DNA of 64,000 nucleotides from a virus. Lineage: Duplodnaviria; Caudoviricetes. The stretch covers positions 79,526 through 143,525 of the IMG/VR virus record IMGVR_UViG_3300037400_006508, one strand, 5' to 3'. Made by a program: the position numbers and the translations under genes. Of this stretch, positions 48,201-57,884 are shown piece after piece (position 1 is the stretch's first letter; each line of letters starts with the position of its first letter). Under the pieces are notes generated by a model. That model was not told the origin of the DNA. It made no database searches and worked only from the letters and a program-made list of their open reading frames with translations.

Positions 48201-50014
48201 CCGCCATGGCGGCGGGCGACCGATCTACTGCGTTTTCGCTCTTTGCGGAGTTGCAGGACAAGATGGGCGGCCCGTATTCGACTACGGCAACGATAGCGGG
48301 GTCCAATGTAAGGAAGAGCGGAATATACGGTACGGACCAGGCGGCGCAGGAAATCATGTCCAGGCTGTCCGACGACTTCTCCGATGCAGACCAGAAGGAG
48401 GCGTTTTCAAAAGCCAACTCGGAGTACGAAAGGTCCGAGGCTACGTTGTCGTCCCTGGAAAGAAAGAAGAGGGACTCGGAGGCGTACATCAGATTCGACG
48501 ACGAATACAATTCAGCCAAGGAAAGAAAGGAGGCTGCCGAGGCTCGAGCGAACGATGAATCACTGTCCGATGCGGAGAGGGCCGTTGCAAGGGAGGAGGC
48601 CGAGCAGGCCGACAGGGAGATGCAGGCAGCCGCCTCTTCCAGGGACTCGCTGGCCGGTGTGTCGGCAAATTCAGACAAGAACAAGGAACTGTCGGCGGAG
48701 GAGCGCCGTGCGTCCGTAGAAAACGATGTTGCCGTCACGTCAAACGCAATAGATGTGGCCAGGGAGAACAGGGACAGGCTTAAGACAGAGAGGGACGCGA
48801 TTTTTGAACAGAGGTCGTCAGACAGACAGGCGTACCAGGAGGCCAGGAGTATAGCGTATTCGACGGATAGCAGCGTCACGGACGAACAAAGGGAGGCCGC
48901 AAGGGAAAAGATGCGCGTTCTCGAGGCGCAAGCCAGTAGAACGAAGAACGCGATAGAGACTCTTTCGGAGGATAAGGAGTTGGCCAGGCATCTGACCGGC
49001 ATGAGCGACGACGCCAAGCTCATCCTTGCCCAGAACAGGGCCGTTATAATGTCAGATACGGCTACGCAGGAGGAGAAGGACAGGGCGCAGGCCGATTATG
49101 ACAGGGTAAAGCAGGAGGCGATCAGAGAGAGCAAAGGCGATATGACCCGCGCTTTCGAGTTCTTGCAAAATGGGGATATGGAGGCTTTTCGTGATATATT
49201 CAAGAATGCGGGTGTCGCAATTGAGACTTTCACCGATATTATAAAAAATGCTCTTGTGAAGTTAGGTGTAGACCCAAGCGAACTTGACAATGGCAAGGCA
49301 GAGGGCACGCCGGAGGGTGGCGGCACGACTGAGGCGAGCGAGGGCCAGCAACAGGCGGAAGAACGCCCGCCAGCGGCATCCGAAGAAGCGGCGGCGGAAG
49401 ACATATTGCCACAGGCTGAATGGGGGAGGCCTCCATCTCCGTCCGAGGATGTACAGGAGCAACTTGTCACAGGCAACGAGCCCTCCGTGACGGAACTTGG
49501 TTCCGGAGACGTGGTTGTAGGAACTCCGGAGGGAGGCGGTACCGTTGTATCGACCGACGAGGCTGTTCAGACCTCCGACGACATGGCCGGGGAGAGGGAG
49601 TCCAATGCGATTGTTTCTGCCGATGCAGCTTCCGGGGCCGCCATTGGCGGAGATGCCGCCGGTTCCCTTGTATCGGAGGAGGAGCTTCATGCCGAGGAGA
49701 AGAACGCCATACCGCCTCCGGACGGGGGACAGGCGTACGACGACGTTTCTGGGGATATTCCGGAACCATGGGCCGCCAGCGAACATGGGTCGAAGGAGTC
49801 GGAGGCGTTTAAGGAGGCTAGAGAGGCCGAAGAGTCGGCCGCGGAGGCTGTTGTGGAAGAGGGATCACAGGCTGGAAAGTCGGATGACCTTGCCACCTCC
49901 GTAGGCCAGTTGATTCCGGCCATAGAGAAGTCTACGGCGGCCATGGAAACGGCGGCTGACAGTATGGTTACTCTTGCAAGAAGCGGAGAAGGCGTGTTGG
50001 CGGATGAACCATGA
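45239..50014 (+). CDS. tape measure protein
   Basis: 1591 aa, helical/coiled-coil, directly downstream of frameshifted chaperones. Confidence 0.82.
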   Translation: MSELDIGKLADELVERMKPKTMQVQDYSFSGYASPMSGVGGNPYDLASLQPEPDSFLGFLGGFGGIVAKLLGLTAEDKNGTEVPIFKTNFRMQDRNLPAFKNSMLGNNRRVMGSASSGSSPLAVNALTRLFDDDSVFGRWLNETDSNGKPVLPDADRAFFGGIQNVVRNENVAPMLIPLMNMLTGQDRGLSANVMNASSFQMVGGLGSTHGFGYNTDTGRNKFNLDSVFGDDYTRQRMAAARMGSQAAYDLTWDGLVRRDSVHGASETLVGQIVSDAIRTGALDKDLGRFTVGRYDETGGSREDVEFHRLGAEERLKAAERTGDRESAKKLREEIRRYDDRLSYFGAMDDKADIQDKKVDAEARLRTAVQEGNYDEERRIREEITGYDDRLAYLENSGSREDRGRAADRTSDMIRRQGELRRKRFDAEKRLSAAEEAGNEDEAARIQDELSGYEQQLDTLSPEIDNRLSDVGRSVNGLDTRDVNDRIATLIRHQDDLRGAKLELGQSRRDAESRGDADAVKEIDDQIREYDVKINALSAQIKSLGDRVRDAAEPLVDAVTGVVDSLKDFYGSEEESKKALDQMTGGEGSKNAEAARTLTRQLDEIKMTGLMAGFDPSQTGAFMNEMMARSFNDERSALAAGSNAQSQFGMALTGMSLRAASGIADTRERRLYMNAAREYASSADKSRGKNLSFSLEAMRREGMVGGEEYASLNDMLTSGRKGTINQAERRIAQLLGGGSVEEGMRMLNDPSSMARLAGSLNLEDAKTASERFDLMHRNELDVVGRAAARRADVRRGKSALVDAGMKRRDVDNSVELARSGALRSELDSIIQTEGIDSETLKSANAALAQYDIDYKDGLDRYNGDKAKAAEYANQRFRANYETMLPPEVRERIRNAEHDASMDTLNGLRDFRDEEGNVVDVTTTGNGNLDMYLEGVGAFGTDHRMNRSAFTKVYTQTLDTLLRNDTLRDKDGNKFDRKYLQDTKEKIDAAMAAGDRSTAFSLFAELQDKMGGPYSTTATIAGSNVRKSGIYGTDQAAQEIMSRLSDDFSDADQKEAFSKANSEYERSEATLSSLERKKRDSEAYIRFDDEYNSAKERKEAAEARANDESLSDAERAVAREEAEQADREMQAAASSRDSLAGVSANSDKNKELSAEERRASVENDVAVTSNAIDVARENRDRLKTERDAIFEQRSSDRQAYQEARSIAYSTDSSVTDEQREAAREKMRVLEAQASRTKNAIETLSEDKELARHLTGMSDDAKLILAQNRAVIMSDTATQEEKDRAQADYDRVKQEAIRESKGDMTRAFEFLQNGDMEAFRDIFKNAGVAIETFTDIIKNALVKLGVDPSELDNGKAEGTPEGGGTTEASEGQQQAEERPPAASEEAAAEDILPQAEWGRPPSPSEDVQEQLVTGNEPSVTELGSGDVVVGTPEGGGTVVSTDEAVQTSDDMAGERESNAIVSADAASGAAIGGDAAGSLVSEEELHAEEKNAIPPPDGGQAYDDVSGDIPEPWAASEHGSKESEAFKEAREAEESAAEAVVEEGSQAGKSDDLATSVGQLIPAIEKSTAAMETAADSMVTLARSGEGVLADEP

Positions 50015-50027
50015 ACCGGAGTTGTAA

Positions 50028-50519
50028 ATGGCGATAATAATGGGTGATACAAGGGGGTCGTTCACCGTACTGAAGATGCCTATAGAATCAAGCATCGTCA
50101 GGATAGACGGGTTTGATCCACCAAATGGGCAGAACGACCACGGAATACTAGTACAGTCGTTCTCCATGAAGGATGCGGAGAAACATTCCATTATCCAGTG
50201 TTTTAACGACTCCAATCATGTTTACGCGTTTGGACACGATCCGGAACAATCCGGGTTTGCCATAACGTACATTGTTTTCTTTGGAAGCCAGTGCATGCCG
50301 GATAAGGAGTTCAAGCAGAGCAATTATCTTGAAACTATTGTAGGCAAGTACAATGAATTGAGGGTATCGTCAAGTTCTAAGACGGTGAATGTCATTTATG
50401 GAAACGGCGTTATGCAGGAAGGCATTCTTTTGTCGTTGTCGGCCAGCATACACGATCCGGAATTGAACACCATATCTGTAACGCTTTCTGGAAAGGCGAT
50501 GCAGAGCATAAATGTCTAG
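50028..50519 (+). CDS. tube-initiator/tube-like baseplate protein (putative)
   Basis: Follows tape measure. IIQCFNDSNHVYAFG resembles the tube fold. Confidence 0.5.
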   Translation: MAIIMGDTRGSFTVLKMPIESSIVRIDGFDPPNGQNDHGILVQSFSMKDAEKHSIIQCFNDSNHVYAFGHDPEQSGFAITYIVFFGSQCMPDKEFKQSNYLETIVGKYNELRVSSSSKTVNVIYGNGVMQEGILLSLSASIHDPELNTISVTLSGKAMQSINV

Positions 50520-50522
50520 GCC

Positions 50523-51056
50523 ATGGTAAATCACGTAAGAACTCTTCTTTTGAATGAAAGTTCCGCAAACGTTGCGGATCTTGTACCGTGGTATATGGAT
50601 TCTTCCTATAGTGCCCTTGTGCTTCCAAGGGATCTGTCAGACGCGCATTCCGTTCTTTTTCTTGGAACGGATACGCTTTATGACAGGATCGGCAGGGTTG
50701 ACGTATTAATGCCGTTTGTACTGGATCCTGAATTCGACGCATACAGGACCATGATGGACACCAGATCCACGGTACAGTCTGATTCAAGGCCGGTAGGTCC
50801 TACTACGATATACGAGTTCTACAAGAAGTTGTCAGGCAACGATGCCGGGTTTTTTAAGGAGTATAAGTCGAACCAGGCCGTGCAGTCGTCATTTTCGCAC
50901 GTTGGCGACGTTACATTTGATTCGTATGTAGACGACCTGAAGAAAAGGTTTTCGTACGGGTTCGAGACAAGCAGGTCGTTTTCCGCGTTCGTATACGTCG
51001 TATTGTTGAAGATGAACCGTCTTCTAAAGAGTACAAAGCGGTATGGCGACGCCTAA
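50523..51056 (+). CDS. hypothetical baseplate-region protein
   Basis: Packed 177-aa ORF, MVNHVRTLLLN. Confidence 0.6.
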   Translation: MVNHVRTLLLNESSANVADLVPWYMDSSYSALVLPRDLSDAHSVLFLGTDTLYDRIGRVDVLMPFVLDPEFDAYRTMMDTRSTVQSDSRPVGPTTIYEFYKKLSGNDAGFFKEYKSNQAVQSSFSHVGDVTFDSYVDDLKKRFSYGFETSRSFSAFVYVVLLKMNRLLKSTKRYGDA

Positions 51057-52755
51057 AGCAAAACATGTTATTTACACGGTAGAGCTTGCCAACTTCACGG
51101 TTGGCGGAGAGTCGTACAATGTGTCTACTGTATCATTGGAACTGGCCAAGAACGAAGTTCCTATCTGCGCGGTGGGCATAGCGCCGGAGGAGTCAGACTG
51201 GTCTTCCACGTTTGACGAGCATATAACCAAGGTCAATGTATTCAGCATAGAAAAATTGAAAGGCTTGTATGATAGGTTTATAGAAAAGACGCTTGAGCCG
51301 ATAGATTCGGGAAGCAGGCTGTCGTCGCTTATGGTTGTCATAAACGGTCTCGACTCCGGCGGCGGAAAGATACAGCAGACGCTGAATCTGCACGGTTGGA
51401 TTTTGATAGGAGCCGGTCTTAGCCGCGTCACGACGACGTCGCCATTCCATCTGGAATGCTATATAGCGCACCCGTCGTACAAGCTGAAGCTGTACGAGGG
51501 GTTCTTTTTCAACGGAAAGAACGCCATACCGTTCGACAGATACGAATCCCAGGCGACGGATCCCATAGCTGCGGGAAAGGCGGCGATAGAGGCCATACAG
51601 GAGGCGAACGAGAAAGAAAGCATAACTACTCTTTGCATGGATGCATCGTCTCTGTCTACTCCGTTGAAGAGTGTTGACGAGATGAACAAAGATATCGCCG
51701 ACCATATAGAAAAGGCGAAGCAGAACATGGAGCTGTATTTGGAGTGGAAGGGGGACGACAACGACGGCGGGGAAGGGCCCGGCACCTACACAAAGGGGTC
51801 CTGGGACTTGCCGTGCGAGCAGTATCTTACGCTTGAACACCAGAAATCCGGCGTCAGGTATTCTATGCTGACAGAATGGGGTAACAGCAGATGCTCCGTA
51901 TGGGATTCATTGGTAAGCGACATCTGCCCGTATCTGTCGTTGGAGGTCATACCTACTTTCTGGAAGGACAAGCTTCCCGTTGTACCGGCGCATCCCTGGA
52001 GGGAGCTGTATTTTTCCATCTACGGTGCGGACACGTCTGAAGTCATTTTTCCGGGGAAGGACAGGGATCCAGTATACGGCTGTGTTATCATAGAGGGGAA
52101 GGGGTTGACCGAGTCTGGCGGTATGTATACCGTAGCCGATTCCGTCGGATGCAAAACAATGATACAGCCGCTCAATTTGAGTTTTATCCCAAAATCGGAG
52201 TCCGACACAGAAGGCAGGTTGATCCATTGCGGAAGACCTGCGTGGATCGGCGTGTCTTTGGATCATGGAAGTTCGTTCGCCACTACGGAGAATGAGCTCG
52301 GCGACAGTCCGCCAGACGATTTCAACGATGAGCTGTACGAACCGACAAAGAAGGAGAGCGGCGAAAACAAGGATTTGACGACGTGGGATACATGCACGGT
52401 GTGCTATCTCGGGTCCGTGTTCATGAACGAGTACAAGAAAACCGTCACCGCCTCTCTCGCTTGCGCATTCATGGTCAGGGATTTCAACAAGAACGAGTAC
52501 GTTATCCCCGGCAAGCGTGTTGCGTTCGTATCTGGCGAGAAGACGATGTTTACCGGTATGATAACAACGGTTCACCATTATATAGATTGCGCAAAATCCA
52601 TTGCCAGTACGAACATAAAGTTGGCATACTGCACATACCTCGGTGCAGACGAGAAACTCTTGGGAAACACGCCGTCGAATCCGATGTGGGACGACAAGCA
52701 GAATATAGAGGTTACGGCTCCGCCGGAAGAAAAGCCCAGCATGGACGTACAATAG
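51043..52755 (+). CDS. baseplate hub protein (putative)
   Basis: Position. C-terminal PGKRVAF..FTGMITTVHHYID pattern typical of hub/gpD-like proteins. Confidence 0.55.
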   Translation: MATPKAKHVIYTVELANFTVGGESYNVSTVSLELAKNEVPICAVGIAPEESDWSSTFDEHITKVNVFSIEKLKGLYDRFIEKTLEPIDSGSRLSSLMVVINGLDSGGGKIQQTLNLHGWILIGAGLSRVTTTSPFHLECYIAHPSYKLKLYEGFFFNGKNAIPFDRYESQATDPIAAGKAAIEAIQEANEKESITTLCMDASSLSTPLKSVDEMNKDIADHIEKAKQNMELYLEWKGDDNDGGEGPGTYTKGSWDLPCEQYLTLEHQKSGVRYSMLTEWGNSRCSVWDSLVSDICPYLSLEVIPTFWKDKLPVVPAHPWRELYFSIYGADTSEVIFPGKDRDPVYGCVIIEGKGLTESGGMYTVADSVGCKTMIQPLNLSFIPKSESDTEGRLIHCGRPAWIGVSLDHGSSFATTENELGDSPPDDFNDELYEPTKKESGENKDLTTWDTCTVCYLGSVFMNEYKKTVTASLACAFMVRDFNKNEYVIPGKRVAFVSGEKTMFTGMITTVHHYIDCAKSIASTNIKLAYCTYLGADEKLLGNTPSNPMWDDKQNIEVTAPPEEKPSMDVQ

Positions 52756-52756
52756 G

Positions 52757-52785
52757 TTTACAATCTTCTCCGATTCTGGCATACT
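52757..52785 (+). promoter_or_regulatory. sigma70-like promoter TTTACA-N17-CATACT with extended -10 TGG
   Basis: Intergenic, directly upstream of the sigma factor gene (RBS AGGTG). Confidence 0.65.
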
Positions 52786-52803
52786 TCCATCTCAGGTGAA
52801 CGA

Positions 52804-53643
52804 ATGGTAGAAGACGATTACGACTCAGACGAATCCGGCTTCGAGGAGGTGCTTTCCGGCATATCCGACGTTGCGGCGTCCGAAAGGAAGGACGAGTCGC
52901 CCTTTCTAAGGGACGATCCGGGGCCGCGTACCAGGAATCTAAGCTCGAACGAGCAGGCATACGCGGCATGGTTGAAGGACAAGACGCCGGGCAACCTGTC
53001 AAAAGTGATAGATTCGCTTTCTCCGACAATCAACTCCGAGATTACGCGTTACTCCGGGTCAAAGCCCCTTTTGCGGTCAAAGGCGAAGGTTCTTGCCATC
53101 AAGGCGGTGAAGACGTTCAATCCCATGTCCGGGGCGAGGCTCAGCTCCTGGGTTGTCACGAATTTGCAGCCGCTTGCCAGGTATAGCATAAAACAGAGGG
53201 ATATCAAGGTTCCTGAAGTTGCGGCGAGGCAGGCGGCCGAGGTATCCAGGGTATCGGAATATCTGAAGGACGAGCTTGGAAGAAGTCCGACTGACGACGA
53301 GATAGCTGACGAGATAGGAATATCGGCAAAGCGTGTAGCGAAGGTCAGGTCCATGGCCGTGGCCACGGTTTCGTCCAGTGCGTTCGACGAAGCCGAATCC
53401 GAGGACTCCAGCTCAGCACCTGGCGTAGAGACACCGAGCCAATTGCCGTTCGCGCAGGAAGCGGTGTACCAGGGGTTGTCGGACACGGACAGGCTCATAT
53501 TCGACAGTTTAACAGGATCTCATGGTAAACCCATGGTGCCGTCAAAAAGGGTTGCCGCAATGCTTGGCGTGTCGCCGTCCGCTGTAAGCCAGAGGGCAAA
53601 CCTTATAGCCAGGCAGATAACAGAGGTGCTGGAAAATGTCTAA
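52804..53643 (+). CDS. RNA polymerase sigma factor, sigma70 family (group-3/FliA-SigF-like)
   Basis: Region 2: AVKTFNPMSGARLSSWV. Region 3: ELGRSPTDDEIADEIG. Region 4 HTH: VAAMLGVSPSAVSQR. Confidence 0.88.
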   Translation: MVEDDYDSDESGFEEVLSGISDVAASERKDESPFLRDDPGPRTRNLSSNEQAYAAWLKDKTPGNLSKVIDSLSPTINSEITRYSGSKPLLRSKAKVLAIKAVKTFNPMSGARLSSWVVTNLQPLARYSIKQRDIKVPEVAARQAAEVSRVSEYLKDELGRSPTDDEIADEIGISAKRVAKVRSMAVATVSSSAFDEAESEDSSSAPGVETPSQLPFAQEAVYQGLSDTDRLIFDSLTGSHGKPMVPSKRVAAMLGVSPSAVSQRANLIARQITEVLENV

Positions 53644-54010
53644 GATACAGGATCTTCTTCCGAAGCTCGAAGCGGAATGCAAGAAGGAAGAGAGGATGTT
53701 CGCCGGCGATAAAGAACGGGAGTTCTTTATAGAAATGATGGCCGACAGCCTGGAATCTCTTTTGGAGATGTATAATCCGACCGAACACAATAAAAAATGG
53801 GATGAAGAGAGATCCAAGCCGGTACCGGACATAGAGACGATACAGCTTGAGAGAAGGGCCATAGCCTTCATGGCGTCAGGAAGGCTCGGTGTTTTGAGGC
53901 ATTATTGGGAAGACGAGCTGAAATCGCACGTGCAGGGACGCGCCAGGATGATTTGGAACCATGATATGCTCAGAAGGACGGAATGGTTCACGGAAGACAG
54001 GCAGCAATGA
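53636..54010 (+). CDS. hypothetical protein
   Basis: 124-aa ORF overlapping both neighbours. Confidence 0.6.
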   Translation: MSKIQDLLPKLEAECKKEERMFAGDKEREFFIEMMADSLESLLEMYNPTEHNKKWDEERSKPVPDIETIQLERRAIAFMASGRLGVLRHYWEDELKSHVQGRARMIWNHDMLRRTEWFTEDRQQ

Positions 54011-54516
54011 AGATATACACGCCGCGCCAGACAACAAAGAGCTATGCCGACAGGCAGCTCGACATAGAAGCGCTGAAGCATGTCGACAAGATGCTTCGGA
54101 AGCAGCGCGTGTTTCCCGATGTACACAGTACACCGAGGATCGTATCCGGAATAGAAAAGGCTGTTCAGCGGTACGCCAAGCTTTTTCTCACCGAGATAGG
54201 GTCCATAAAGGCGGCTCCGCAGATAGGCAGCACTTTGCTAAGCCGTGTGTTGAACGGAATGGTTGCCAATGAGGCGGAACTCGGGTTTCTGTACGCGATT
54301 GCGAACAGCAACGCCCTAAAGGCCATTCGTGCGGACGACTCTGAGACGGGATTGTACGGCAAGATACCCCCGGACGAGAGGATCGTGTCGACGAGGCTTG
54401 TTGACATAAGCATAGATTACAAGACATACACAGCTAAAGTTCATGTGTTCATAACGACAGCCGCAGGGGATTCGTTCACCTTCATAATACCGGTCTCTGC
54501 CGGAATAACGCAATGA
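54007..54516 (+). CDS. baseplate wedge/sheath initiator (gp25/gpW-like)
   Basis: ATG at 54007. SGIEKAVQR..LFLTEIGS..P.IGS, DERI. Precedes baseplate J. Confidence 0.7.
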   Translation: MKIYTPRQTTKSYADRQLDIEALKHVDKMLRKQRVFPDVHSTPRIVSGIEKAVQRYAKLFLTEIGSIKAAPQIGSTLLSRVLNGMVANEAELGFLYAIANSNALKAIRADDSETGLYGKIPPDERIVSTRLVDISIDYKTYTAKVHVFITTAAGDSFTFIIPVSAGITQ

Positions 54517-56138
54517 GAGAGATAACCCTCGATTCCGTAACGGAAGAACAGATACAGTCCGAGGCGCAGATCCTGGTCAACATGATCAGGACGAAGTACC
54601 CCAAGCTAGACTTGAGAAGGGGAACGGTTCTTCGCGACCTGTTGATAGACGCGGATTCCGCGGTGGGATGCATGTTCAATATGCAGGCGGACGAGCAGAG
54701 GAACAGTTCGTCTCTGCTGGAGCTTCTTCGCAGGTCGGAGGCCGGAGAAGAGGTGGACGCGGACGACGTAAACGCCGTCATGTCTAATTTCAATATGGAA
54801 TCTGTTACCGGAACAAGGGCGAAAGGGTATGTCAGGGTTTTCGTGTCAAGCGATTCCGGTACGGTAGTAGGCAAGGGCGTGCAGTTCCATACGGCGAATG
54901 ACATTTATTTCACGGTAACCACCTCCGTGGTAGCGTCGATGAATCCTTCGTCGGACGAGGTACAGAAGTATCAAGGTGTTTCCAACTTTTGGTTTCTGGT
55001 ACCGGTGGAAGCCGTTCTTGACGGGTCAAACGGAAACTTGGAGCAGGGTACTGCGCTCGAGCCGGACTCGGCCATATCGGATTTCGTGTCGGCGTCGGCG
55101 TACAAGACTTTTTCCGGAGGTTCCGATCTCGAGTCTCTGAACAGCACGGTATCCAGAATAAAGGAATCGCTGTCCGTCAGGTCTCTTACGACGGAGACCG
55201 CTATGGAGTCGCAACTCAGGGACAGGTTTGACAATACGGAGCATCCTATAGTTGCCGTCTCATTGTGCGGGTACGGCAACGAGGCCCAGCACAGGGACAA
55301 GCACAATCTGTTTGGAGTAGGCGTCGGCGGTAGAGTTGACGCGTATGTACGCAATTTTACCGATCTTCCGGTATCGCAGGCCATAACTAAGCCAGGCGTC
55401 TTGAACGACGACGGGTCCTACTCTATTTCAATCTCTCATTCCGAGGTTCCGGGGATCATTTCCGTTTATTCCGTTACGGATCCGGATTCCGATGCTTTGT
55501 CGTCTTATTCATATAAGACTGAATACAGCGGCGACGTGTCGGGGGTATGGCACGACTTCGATGTCAGCAAGAACTTTTCAGAGATAGCGAATACGGTATG
55601 GCGCGACCTTACCATAAGGGTCGAGGGGGTTCCTCCTTTGGAGGGCAGCAATGATGAGGAAGACAGGGAATTCAGGGTCGAGGTAATCGCGCTACCGTTC
55701 GCAAATGAATTGCAGGATTTCGTCGACGACGGGCTCGTCATGAATGTGGGGTCTGACTTCGTAGTTCGTGGCCCTATGGTTGTTAATTTGTCAGTTAACG
55801 CGGTTGTACGGCATTCGTTTTCCGTAGCATTCGATGTCGACAAGGCCGTAACGGCCATTTGCAGCTATGTAAACACGTCCGGCTTCGTAGGAAGGATAAC
55901 AAGATCCGAGATCGCATCCATTCTACGGGGGTTGGGCGCGACATCCGTAGATCTGTTCGACGAGAACGCGATGCTGTACGGATATGCGTACGATGCGTTC
56001 GGCAGGAAGCATGAGATGAGCGGAGACGCGATCGATCTAGATTTGATGAAGGACGTACCTGGGATGCTCACCAAGGATACGGCCGTATTCGTACTTGAGC
56101 CAAGAAACGTGCAAATAAAGAAAATAGCGGTGTCGTAG
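54513..56138 (+). CDS. baseplate J-like wedge protein
   Basis: GTVLRDLL, GTRAKGYV, VEAVLDGSNGN, FSGGSDLES, GGRVDAYV. Confidence 0.85.
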   Translation: MREITLDSVTEEQIQSEAQILVNMIRTKYPKLDLRRGTVLRDLLIDADSAVGCMFNMQADEQRNSSSLLELLRRSEAGEEVDADDVNAVMSNFNMESVTGTRAKGYVRVFVSSDSGTVVGKGVQFHTANDIYFTVTTSVVASMNPSSDEVQKYQGVSNFWFLVPVEAVLDGSNGNLEQGTALEPDSAISDFVSASAYKTFSGGSDLESLNSTVSRIKESLSVRSLTTETAMESQLRDRFDNTEHPIVAVSLCGYGNEAQHRDKHNLFGVGVGGRVDAYVRNFTDLPVSQAITKPGVLNDDGSYSISISHSEVPGIISVYSVTDPDSDALSSYSYKTEYSGDVSGVWHDFDVSKNFSEIANTVWRDLTIRVEGVPPLEGSNDEEDREFRVEVIALPFANELQDFVDDGLVMNVGSDFVVRGPMVVNLSVNAVVRHSFSVAFDVDKAVTAICSYVNTSGFVGRITRSEIASILRGLGATSVDLFDENAMLYGYAYDAFGRKHEMSGDAIDLDLMKDVPGMLTKDTAVFVLEPRNVQIKKIAVS

Positions 56139-56141
56139 GCT

Positions 56142-57884
56142 ATGTCAAAGGAAACATCGGTAAAATTGAATAGGACGGCTATCGCGGCCGAGTCAAAATC
56201 GTCGTTTCCGGCCGACCTGACACCGGAGCAGGCAACCAACGCCGATACGCTGTTTTCGTGGCTTGGATCGTTTTGGGACCAGATATACGAGGATCCAGAG
56301 TTCATACAGTATATCCAGAAGGCCAGGGCTCTTCGCATATCGCAGCTGTACCTTGATCTTTTGGAGAACCTGAAGCTGCATGACAGGGAGAATGCACCCG
56401 TTTTCCACAGGGAGAGATGGCACCCTATTATTCTGAGGAGGAGCCAGATGGGAACCGGTTCGCAGGCCATGTTCCGGCTTACGAACGACGGTACGTTGAA
56501 TCTCGGGGAGCAGAAAAATCCGGTGTACCCATCCGGAACGGTTGTTACACTTGGCGGCGTTAACGTCGATCTGGAGGGGATGGTGGTATATCCGTTGTCC
56601 GGCGAGTCTTCCGTCCTAAAGTCGGTTCTAACCTGTATTTCCAACAACATAGTTGACGCAACCGTGGTACTGTCGGCCGGCAGGGATTTTGCCGTTCTTG
56701 ACGGTGCTATCGCCATATCCAAGGAGTTCGATCCGTTTACGGGCGACCATGCCGATGAATTCTCAAAGTTCGAGATAGTACGCGATAATCCTGACGACAA
56801 CGACGTCGAGACGGTGTTGTGGGCGTGTGACTCCATGTTCGACAGGAATTTCCTGTACGACAATCTCGGATACGCCATATCGCTGCCTACGGAGTCGAAG
56901 GAGGTGTACAAGCGGGTTATAAACGCGGCATGGAACATAGTGGCGTCAGGCGCAACTCCGTTGCTAGTGCGTTCCCTTATGGCGTGCATATGCGGTGTAC
57001 CTACCGTTAAGGAGGAGGGAGAAATCGTTGAAAGAATAGTGGTTAACGACGATTCCAACGATTTCACGAAGCAAGTCATTACAAACAAGAACGTATATTC
57101 GTTTTCAGGGTATGCCGAACTAAGGAAGGATGTGTTTGTAGGCGCCAAATTGCACAGGTTCGATACGCTCGATCTCGCCATCAGGGTGTATCCGTTCACC
57201 AGGGAGCTTGACAGGGTGCCGCTATACAGCGAGTTCGTGTCAAGCATGGATGAGCTAATGGAGGACGTTCCGGCCGTAGACATGCCCGATGCGTACTTTA
57301 GAATGGATCTTGATGCCGGCTTTTCGTTGACATGGAACGAGGTTCCGGTCTATTGTGATGGTTTCGACCGTAACGGGAATCCGAAGCTAAGGTTCGATCT
57401 GGAGGGATCGAAGGAGGATAACGACATCTTTTGGTCCGACGTGCAGAAGGCGTACGAGGAAACCGGACAGAACATGATGACTTGTCTTGGTACCGTACAA
57501 GATGGTATCATCGTCGAGGCCGGCAAGATTGTGGGCAGCGTATCGCCTTTGAGGTTTTTCTTCGAGAATCTTGTGGGGGCCAACACCCTCGTCATAACGG
57601 TGAGGACGGACACACTCGCGGACGACGCCCCGCTGTACGATCCGAAATTCTTTGGCGTCTTGAGGGAGAGCATTCCATCGTACATAAGGCTATACGTGAT
57701 CGAGCACGGGTCCGTTGGTGACGAGACGGTGGATCTCGCCGAGGTCTATGACGACGCCGACCTGAACATACAGGAGGAAGAGGAGGACGAGTTCGACTAT
57801 GGGGTTCTTCCGAGGGGGCCTAAGTACCACGATCACGTAGACACGAAATGGATAGCAGCTTGCAGGGACGAATACGATGATTGA
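56142..57884 (+). CDS. baseplate wedge protein (gpI/gp7-like, putative)
   Basis: Follows J. LGSFW, NLGYAI..YKRVINAAW..GATP..L..ICGVP, IPSYI. Confidence 0.6.
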   Translation: MSKETSVKLNRTAIAAESKSSFPADLTPEQATNADTLFSWLGSFWDQIYEDPEFIQYIQKARALRISQLYLDLLENLKLHDRENAPVFHRERWHPIILRRSQMGTGSQAMFRLTNDGTLNLGEQKNPVYPSGTVVTLGGVNVDLEGMVVYPLSGESSVLKSVLTCISNNIVDATVVLSAGRDFAVLDGAIAISKEFDPFTGDHADEFSKFEIVRDNPDDNDVETVLWACDSMFDRNFLYDNLGYAISLPTESKEVYKRVINAAWNIVASGATPLLVRSLMACICGVPTVKEEGEIVERIVVNDDSNDFTKQVITNKNVYSFSGYAELRKDVFVGAKLHRFDTLDLAIRVYPFTRELDRVPLYSEFVSSMDELMEDVPAVDMPDAYFRMDLDAGFSLTWNEVPVYCDGFDRNGNPKLRFDLEGSKEDNDIFWSDVQKAYEETGQNMMTCLGTVQDGIIVEAGKIVGSVSPLRFFFENLVGANTLVITVRTDTLADDAPLYDPKFFGVLRESIPSYIRLYVIEHGSVGDETVDLAEVYDDADLNIQEEEEDEFDYGVLPRGPKYHDHVDTKWIAACRDEYDD

